63,518 bases of DNA from Macrostomum lignano. Taxonomy: Eukaryota. The position numbers and the translations under genes were made by a program. The notes beneath the pieces were generated by a model. It was not told where the DNA came from. It worked only from the letters and a program-made list of their open reading frames with translations, and searched no databases. This document shows, one piece after another, positions 54,814 through 63,518 of this stretch. Every line of letters begins with the position of its first letter. Position 1 is the first letter of the stretch. The stretch lies in the NCBI GenBank assembly GCA_002269645.1, contig NIVC01002911.1, forward strand, positions 66,882-130,399. The letters run 5' to 3'.

Positions 54814-57800
54814 GTAGGTGCTTGTTCGCTGTCATAGGGATTATTATTTGTCAGATTATGCCATTTGATGAGTTATCCCATCTATGACGGATGATCCCAT
54901 CTATGATGGATTATCCCATCTATGACGGATGATCCCATCTATGACGGATTATCCCATCTATGACGAATGATCACATCTATGACTGATTATCAAATTTATG
55001 ATAGATTGCCCCATTTATAGTACTTAAGTAGATTATCACACCTGTGATGGATTATTACATTTATAATTGATTGTCCCATTAATGACAGATTATCCTACCG
55101 CATCGCTCTCCATAACAATTCAGCCCCGAGAGCATCAGGAAGAATCCAGAGAACAGCCAGGAGCAGAAGCCAAAGATCATCATGTACTGGCAGCTGGAGA
55201 ATCGCAGTGTGCAGGCGGGCAAGAAGACCGTATTCCTGTGCGACATCACCGGCCTACCAGTGCCCGAGTACACCTGGATCAAAGATGGAAGAATCATCGA
55301 CAAATCCGATTTGCGACTAAGGACTGAGGCCACGAATTATGGAGCAGTGTGAGCGAGGGAGTTTTGATCTAGCTCATGGATTTCTAATATAGCTCATGGA
55401 TTTCTAATATAGCTCATGGATTTCTAATCTAGCTCATGGATTTCTAATATAGCTCATGGATTTCTAATATAGCTCATGGATTTCTAATATAGCTCATGGA
55501 TTTCTAATCTAGCTCATGGATTTCTAATATAGCTCATGGATTTCTAATATAGCTCATGGATTTCTAATATAGCTCATGGATTGCTAATATAGCTCATGGA
55601 TTTCTAGTATAGCTCATGGATTTCTAATATAGCTCATGGATTTCTAATATAGCTCATGGATTTCTAATATAGCTCATGGATTTCTAATATAGCTCATGGA
55701 TTGCTAATCTAGCTCATGGATTTCTAATATAGCTCATGGATTTCTAATATAGCTCATGGATTTCTAATATAGCTCATGGATTTCTAATATAGCTCATGGA
55801 TTTCTAATATAGCTCATGGATTGCTAATCTAGCTCATGGATTTCTAATATAGCTCATGGATTTCTAATATAGCTCATGGATTGCTAATCTAGCTCATGGA
55901 TTTCTAATATAGCTCATGGATTTCTAATATAGCTCATGGATTGCTAATCTAGCTCATGGATTTCTAATATAGCTCATGGATTGCTAATCTAGCTTGTGGA
56001 TTTCTAATATAGCTCATGGATTGCTAATCTAGCTCATGGATTTCTAATATAGCTCATGGATTTCTAATATAGCTCATAGATTGCTAATCTAGTTTGGGGA
56101 TTGCTAATCTAGCTTGTGGATTGCTAATCTAGCTTGTGGATTTCTTATATAGCTCATGGATTGCTAATCTAGCTCATGGATTTCTAATATAGCTCATGGA
56201 TTTCTAATCTAGCTTGTGGATTGCTAATCTAGTTTGAGGATTGCTAATCTAGCTTGTGGATTGCTAATCTAGCTTGTGGATTGCTAATCTAGCTCGTGAA
56301 TTGCTAATCTAGCTTGTGGATTGCTAATCTAGATCCTGGATTGCTAATCTAGCTCATGGATTGCTAATCTAGCTCATGGATTGCTAATCTAGCTCATGGA
56401 TTGCTAATCTAGCTCATGGATGGCTAATCTAGCTCATGGATTGCTAATCTAGCTCATGGATTGCTAATCTAGCTCGTGAATTGCTAATCTAGCTCGTGGA
56501 TTGCTAATCTAGCTCATGGATTGCTAATCTAGCTCATGGATTGCTAATCTAGCTCATGGATTGCTAATCTAGCTCATGGATTGCTAATCTAGCTCATGGA
56601 TTGCTAATCTAGCTCATGGATTGCTAATCTAGCTCATGGATTGCTAATCTAGCTCATGGATTGCTTATCTAGCTCGTGGATGGCTAATCTAGCTCATGGA
56701 TTGCTAATCTAGCTCATGGATTGCTAATCTAGCTCATGGATTGCTAATCTAGCTCATGGATTGCTAATCTAGCTCATGGATTGCTAATCTAGCTCGTGAA
56801 TTGCTAATCTAGCTCGTGGATTGCTAATCTAGCTCATGGATTGCTAATCTAGCTCATGGATTGCTAATCTAGCTCATGGATTGCTAATCTAGCTCATGGA
56901 TTGCTAATCTAGCTCATGGATTGCTAATCTAGCTCATGGATTGCTTATCTAGCTCGTGGATGGCTAATCTAGCTCATGGATTGCTAATCTAGCTCATGGA
57001 TTGCTAATCTAGCTCGTGAATTGCTAATCTAGCTCGTGGATTGCTAATCTAGCTCATGGATTGCTAATCTAGCTCATGGATTGCTAATCTAGCTCATGGA
57101 TTGCTAATCTAGCTCATGGATTGCTAATCTAGCTCATGGATTGCTAATCTAGCTCATGGATTGCTAATCTAGCTCGTGAATTGCTAATCTAGCTCGTGGA
57201 TTGCTAATCTAGCTCATGGATTGCTAATCTAGCTCATGGATTGCTAATCTAGCTCATGGATTGCTAATCTAGCTCATGGATTGCTAATCTAGCTCATGGA
57301 TTGCTAATCTAGCTCATGGATTGCTAATCTAGCTCATGGATTGCTAATCTAGCTCATGGATTGCTAATCTAGCTCATGGATTGCTTATCTAGCTCGTGGA
57401 TGGCTAATCTAGCTCATGGATTGCTAATCTAGCTCATGAATTGCTAATCTAGCTCGTGAATTGCTAATCTAGCTCATGGATTGCTAATCTAGCTCATGGA
57501 TTGCTAATCTAGCTCATGGATTGCTAATCTAGCTCATGGATTGCTAATCTAGCTCATGGATTGCTAATCTAGCTCATGGATTGCTAATCTAGCTCATGGA
57601 TTGCTAATCTAGCTCATGGATTGCTAATCTAGCTCATGGATTGCTAATCTAGCTCATGGATTGCTAATCTAGCTCATGGATTGCTAATCTAGCTCATGGA
57701 TTGCTAATCTAGCTCATGGATTGCTAATCTAGCTCATGGATTGCTAATCTAGCTCATGGATTGCTTATCTAGCTCGTGGATGGCTAATCTAGCTCATGGA

Positions 57801-59383
57801 TTGCTAATCTAGCTCATGGATTGCTAATCTAGCTCGCAGATAATGAATAAAATAGATAGCAAATCCAATAAAGCATTTTACCCAATTAAGCATAAATTTG
57901 GATCAAACGCAATTGCAGTTTTTGGGAATCCGAAAAAGAATCCCAGCACAGAAGAGGCTGCACGATTCCCTGATAAGATTAAGAGCCCCAAGTAGCTTGA
58001 AGACGAAAGTCCCAAATAAAATTGTATATTTTAAGATGCAGCCCGTGAGCACAGAGAACTCTTGATAGGGCCGAGAGCTGCCAGCTCGCGAGACAAAAAC
58101 TTGGAGATCAATGCTGGGATCTCAAACCGGTTAAATAGAGAACTGAACTGCTTGCCGGTGCGAAGCAGAAATAATTCAAAAGGGAACGAAAAATAATGCA
58201 AATTTACGAAAGCAATCATCGACAGAAATGATCTGAAAAGCATTATTTTCTGCCACAAAAAGCAAATACTCTTAGATTAACCGTTGCTGTCTCAGAAGCT
58301 CTGCGCTCAGCTGTGGAAGGTAAATCTGGCATTTTAATCAGCCTGTGGTAGTGCAGCCTCCGACCTGCAGCTGGAGACTAAGCTTCATCAGTTTGAGTCC
58401 TTCTGCAGTCTATATCTATTCATACTCTAGTCTACCTCTCTTCTCCTCCGATCTTCCTTTAATTGATCTTAAAGCTTTGTCAAATCTCTGTCAAATCTCT
58501 GTCAAATCTCTATCAAATCTGTGTCAAATCTGTGTCAAATCTCTGTCAAATCTCTGTCAAATCTCTATCAAATCTGTGTCAAATCTGTGTCAAATCTCTG
58601 TCAAATCTCTGTCAAATCTCTGTCAAATCTCTGTCAAATCTCTATCAAATCTGTGTCAAATCTGTGTCAAATCTCTGTCAAATCTCTGTCAAATCTCTGT
58701 CAAATCTCTGTCAAATCTCTGTCAAATCTCTGTCAAATCGGTGTCAAATCTCTGTCAAATCTCTATCAAATCTGTGTCAAATCTGTGTCAAAATTGTGTC
58801 AAATCTGTGTCAAATCTGTGTTAAATCGGTGTCAAATCTGTGTCAAATCTGTGTCAAATCTGTGTCAAATCTGTGTCAAATCTGTGTCAAATCTGTGTCA
58901 AATCTCTGCGATGGCTCTATGATATATCTTTAAAAAAATCTTTGTCAATACTCCAACACTTCTCTTTAACCTTAAAGCACTTTCGCTCATCTCAAAGTCC
59001 TAAAAGAACTAATCCGACTCACACTGCTCACCTCACAGTCTGACCATCGACCGCACGGAGCCCTCGGACGCGGGATTTTACACCTGCTCGGGCACCAATG
59101 CGGCCGGAACTAAAAACACAACCGGCTTGTTGGAGGTGCTGCCCGCTCGACAAACTGACAGAGGCGGTGGTGGCGGCAGCGGCGGCAGAGGTGGCGGCGG
59201 GAGCGGCGGGGGTGGCTGGAGGGACGGCAGCCCAGACCGCAGCGACCGCCAACTGAGCCGGGATTTTGTCAGGCTTTCAAGCCGAACGTCTGCCGCAACT
59301 ACCTGGGCGGCAGCCGGGTGTTCGTGACCGACAACACCTACCAGTACACCATGGAGCGGCTGCTGGTGCAGCGTAAGTGACCC

Positions 59384-59435
<52 letters not shown>

Positions 59436-59499
59436 AGAGTGTCTGTCTGTCTGTCAGAGTGTCTGTCTGTCTGTCAGAGTGTCTGTCTGTCTGTCAGAG

Positions 59500-59564
<65 letters not shown>

Positions 59565-59649
59565 GACTGTCTGTCTGTCTGCCTGTCTGTCTGTCTGTCT
59601 GTCTGTCTGTCTGACTGTCTGTCTGTCTGACTGTCTGTCTGTCTGTCTA

Positions 59650-59700
<51 letters not shown>

Positions 59701-59703
59701 GAC

Positions 59704-59783
<80 letters not shown>

Positions 59784-59827
59784 AGAGTGTCTGTCTGTCT
59801 GTCAGAGTGTCTGTCAGTCTGTCAGAG

Positions 59828-59884
<57 letters not shown>

Positions 59885-59945
59885 GTCTGTCTGTCTTTCT
59901 GTCTGTCTGTCTGTCTGTCTTTCTGTCTGTCTGTCTGTCTGTCTT

Positions 59946-60019
<74 letters not shown>

Positions 60020-60063
60020 AGAGTGTCTGTCTGTCTGTCAGAGTGTCTGTCTGTCTGTCAGAG

Positions 60064-60124
<61 letters not shown>

Positions 60125-60143
60125 GACTGTCTGTCTGTCTGCC

Positions 60144-60184
<41 letters not shown>

Positions 60185-60219
60185 GACTGTCTGTCTGTCT
60201 GACTGTCTGTCTGTCTGAC

Positions 60220-60256
<37 letters not shown>

Positions 60257-62653
60257 GACTGTCTGTCTGTCTGTCTGTCAGCTGCCAACACACGCTCCAC
60301 CCACCCCGCAGTCCTGGCTAAGCTGGCAGACGCCGTGGACCCCAGCTGTGTGCAGCCGCTGACGCAGGCCATTTGCCACTTCAACTTTCCCCTTTGCGCC
60401 GAGAATCCGGCCTCATTCAACCCGATGGGTTGTCAGCGTCGCCTCAGCGACTGTGCATCGCCGACTGTCAAGCTGCTGTGGGAGGCCGCTGCCAGCGACA
60501 CTTTGAGATCCTGCGCACTAGCCTGGACTACCTGAGGCGGGGCGGCAGCGGGGATCGCGATATCTTTGCGGGACGGAGCTCCGGCGTTGTCGGTAGGCGA
60601 ACTGGAATCTGGGATCGGGGATCTGGGATCGGGGATCTGGGATCGGGGATCTGGGATCGGGGATCTGGGATCGGGGATCTGGGATCGGGGATCTGGGATC
60701 GGGGATCTGGGATCGGGGATCTGGGATCGGGGATCTGGGATCGGGGATCTGGGATCGGGGATCTGGGATCGGGGATCTGGGATCGGGGATCTGGGATCGG
60801 GGATCTGGGATCGGGGATCTGGGATCGGGGATCTGGGATCGGGGATCTGGGATCGGGGATCTGGGATCGGGGATCTGGGATCGGGGATCTGGGATCGGGG
60901 ATCTGGGATCGGGATCTGGGATCGGGGATCTGGGATCGGGGATCTGGGATCGGGGATCTGGGATCGGGGATCTGGGATCGGGGATCTGGGATCGGGGATC
61001 TGGGATCGGGGATCTGGGATCGGGGATCTGGGATCGGGGATCTGGGATCGGGGATCTGGGATCGGGGATCTGGGATCGGGGATCTGGGATCGGGGATCTG
61101 GGATCGGGATCTGGGATCGGGGATCTGGGATCGGGGATCTGGGATCGGGGATCTGGGATCGGGGATCTGGGATCGGGGATCTGGGATCGGGGATCTGGGA
61201 TCGGGATCTGGGATCGGGGATCTATCAACCGTTTCCTACCCTTTCTCCCAGATCTCGTACAGCTGCTGCCCGACTGCGACTCTCTGCCCACTGAACGCTG
61301 CGTCTCCATGAAGGCCTCGCCGCCGCCGACGCCGCCTCCCCCTCCGCCGCAGCCGCCGCCGGTTCGGCCGCCTTTGTCGACGTCGGCAGACCCGGCCGAC
61401 TGCTACAACGTCACGCAGCCGTGGAGCTACTCAGGCCGGGCCGCCACAAGCCGCTCAGGCCGGGTCTGCCTGGCCTGGGCCGGAATTCCCGGCTACGCCC
61501 AGCTGGCCGGCCACAGCAACTGGTGCCGCGGCTCAGCCGGCGACCCGCCTGCCAAGCCCTGGTGCTTCGTGACGGAGACGGGCGAACAGGAGGACTGCGA
61601 CGTGCCGCAGTGCGGAGGTGAGCGATGAGATGAGCGGAAACAATGACCTAGGATCTATTGACCTGTAATCTATAGCATTCAAGTATAAGTCATGACCTAT
61701 TACCTATGATGTTCATGTCCTACGAGTAAATTATGATCTATGATTTATGACAAAGGATCTGTGAATTATATGACTTATGAGAAATTATCTCTAAACCATA
61801 AACGGCGACCGATGTCGTTCCCAAATCTTCATCTCATGTCCAATGACCCATGACCAATGACCATGACTAATGACACATACACAATGACCAAGACCAATGA
61901 CTCATGACCAATGACCCATGACCAATGACTCATGACCAATGACCCATGACCAATGACTCATGACCAATGACCCATGACCAATGACTCATGACCAATGACC
62001 ATGACCAATGAACCCATGACAATGACCCATGACAATGGCACATGACCAATGACCTATAGCCAAGACATCCACACCAACAATAACAAATTTCCTAAATACG
62101 TGTAGTTTTTTAAATACAAGCGTTTTCACATTTGTTTCGGAATTAATCGAAAGAAAATAACAAAACTATTTCGCATTCTACTCACAGTAGCTTCAAAGCG
62201 CATGAAGCATATTTTTTAAATCGATTATATTTTTGATACTTTTTGTGCCAGACGGCAGCAACGAAAGCAGGCAGGGCAGCAAAGAAGCCGCCGGTCCGCC
62301 GCCGCCGATGTCGGCGCGGGAGATGCTACCGGTGTTCGTGTCGCTCGGCGCCCTCGCCTGCCGCCGCGGCCACCCTGCTGGTCTGCTGCTTCTGCCGGAG
62401 GGCGGCGGCCGCGCCGCGGCAGCTTCGGGCTCGTCGCCGAACAGCTTGAGAGGCGGCGGCGAATTGGCGGCGCCTACCGGGGCCTGTTGAACGGCAGCTG
62501 ATTGTCGGCGGCCCACGCAGTCACACGCTGCCACCGCCGGCGCCACCGCCGACGCCAGGCGAGATGAAGCGGAACCGGCAGCTGCAGCAGCAGCAACAGC
62601 AGACTGCAGCCACCTGCTGCTCAGGTCAGGGAGTTCTCCCTCAGCCAGATCCG
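54707..62653 (+). CDS. ROR: ROR-family receptor tyrosine kinase, 3'-partial (join 54707-54813,55124-55348,59039-59372,60312-60592,61252-61617,62252-62653); several frameshifts
   Basis: Signal peptide, I-set Ig domain, Frizzled-type CRD with all 10 Cys, kringle with 6 Cys, TM segment, then [10 protein letters not shown] matching the ROR kinase start (KEISLSAVRF). GT-AG junctions with consistent phases. Confidence 0.88.
54870..55000. repeat. Short ~19-bp intronic repeat ATCCCATCTATGACGGATK
   Basis: About 6 units. Confidence 0.8.
55124..55348 (+). CDS. ROR: ROR exon: first part of the Ig domain ([32 protein letters not shown])
   Basis: Acceptor TTCAG at 55123, donor GTGAGC at 55349, phase 2/2. 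Missing from the ORF track because it has no start codon. Confidence 0.88.
55367..57835. repeat. 2.5-kb 20-bp intronic minisatellite AGCTCATGGATT(T/G)CTAAT(A/C)T
   Basis: Period 20, about 123 units. Confidence 0.97.
58480..58910. repeat. 11-bp intronic repeat TCAAATCT(C/G)TG
   Basis: Period 11. Confidence 0.95.
59039..59372 (+). CDS. ROR: ROR exon: end of Ig domain (DAGFYTC), Gly-rich linker, CRD start ([16 protein letters not shown]); -1 frameshift probably in G-run 59208-59212
   Basis: Acceptor CTCACAG at 59038, donor GTAAGT at 59373. Confidence 0.85.
59380..60281. repeat. (GTCT)n intronic microsatellite with GTCAGAGT variants
   Basis: Direct reading; fills almost the whole intron. Confidence 0.95.
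60312..60592 (+). CDS. ROR: ROR exon: CRD core ([18 protein letters not shown]...[16 protein letters not shown]); -1 frameshift in C-run 60421-60423
   Basis: Acceptor CCCCGCAG at 60311 (an alternative in-frame acceptor lies at 60281), donor GTAGGC at 60593. Confidence 0.82.
60603..61222. repeat. 14-bp intronic repeat TGGGATCGGGGATC
   Basis: Two alternating 7-mers; fills almost the whole intron. Confidence 0.95.
61252..61617 (+). CDS. ROR: ROR exon: CRD end, Pro-rich linker, kringle domain
   Basis: Acceptor TTTCTCCCAG at 61251, donor GTGAGC at 61618; DCYN...YSG...SGRVCLAW...HSNWCRG...PWCFV...EDCDVPQC. Confidence 0.92.
61845..62055. repeat. ~14-bp intronic repeat CATGACCAATGAC(C/T)
   Basis: Direct reading. 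Confidence 0.88.
62252..62653 (+). CDS. ROR: ROR exon: TM, juxtamembrane region and kinase start; multiple frameshifts
   Basis: Acceptor TTTTGTGCCAG at 62251, donor GTGAGT at 62654. The [28 protein letters not shown] is split over two frames and [10 protein letters not shown] lies in the third. Confidence 0.7.
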
Positions 62654-62924
62654 GTGAGTGAGACAGGTCTGAAAGTCAGGCTTTACTGAGGCTGTGCAAG
62701 GCTGTAATCCAGCTGAATCTCCAGACGGATTAACCGGCCACCTTGGATTGTCTGGGATTATCCAGCTAAAGCTGCTACCGCTGCTGGCACCGAATTGGCG
62801 GATTTGAAGCCAAAAATAATTTTTTATTGTCGATAATAGAATAAAGAAAAGCTCAACAGTTCTGTTATTGATATACTGTAAAAAATCCTTTGAAAACATC
62901 AGTCACGGAATATTTTTGATTGTC

Positions 62925-63518
62925 TATGATTATGATTATGATTATGATTGTGATTGTGATTATGATTATGATTACGATTACGATTATGTTGATTATGATT
63001 ATGATTATGATTGTGATTATGATTACGATTATGATTATGATTATGATTATGATTATGATTGTGATTATGATTATGAGTATGATTATGATGTGATTACGAT
63101 TATGATTATGATTATGATATGATTGTGATTATGATTATGATATGATTATGATTATGATTATGATTGTGATTATGATTATGATTATGATTTACGATTACGA
63201 TTATGATTATGATTTGTGATTATGATTATGATTATGATTATGATTATGATTGTGATTATGATTATGATATGATTTATGATGTGATTTGATTATGATTATG
63301 ATTACGATTACGATTATGATTATGATTATGATTACGATTATGATTATGATTACTATTATGATTTATGATTATGATTATGATATGATTATGATTATGATTG
63401 TGATTATGATTATGATTATGATTGTGATTATGATTATGATTATGATTATGATTATGATTTGTATTTGATTATGATTATGATTATGATTATGATTATGATT
63501 ATATTATGATTATGATTA
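62925..63518. repeat. (GATTAT)n microsatellite (runs off window end)
   Basis: Direct reading. Confidence 0.95.

Overview
Eukaryotic (animal) genomic DNA with GC3-rich exons, GT-AG introns and very dense mini- and microsatellites. The style suggests a flatworm such as Macrostomum lignano, which is inference only. (1) 392-23046 (+): an outer-arm axonemal dynein heavy chain of the DNAH5/DNAH8 type, about 4,530 aa in the window and lacking roughly the first 100 aa. It has 10 exon positions, including 4.4-kb and 5.2-kb exons, and three single-base frameshifts. It also has two paralogous 123-nt phase-2 exons (16422-16544 and 16857-16979) that look mutually exclusive; this is the most interesting signal. 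(2) 27435-28550 (-): a possible two-exon Gln/Pro-rich orphan gene. (3) 29692-34216: a composite array of an apparently invariant 272-bp unit interleaved with (TATC)n, followed by a tRNA-derived SINE with a (TCTA)n tail. (4) 34512-34829 (+): a TATA-driven gene for a 105-aa secreted peptide with a knottin-like C-C-CC-C-CCC framework. (5) 38175-38635 (-): a decayed RTE-clade LINE fragment. (6) 54707-62653 (+): the 5' part of a ROR-family receptor tyrosine kinase (signal peptide, Ig, Frizzled CRD, kringle, TM, kinase start) with several frameshifts. About 30 separate tandem repeats explain nearly all the long ORFs in the supplied track outside these genes. Exon boundaries were read by eye, repeat boundaries are approximate, and homology calls rest on recalled family motifs rather than database searches.
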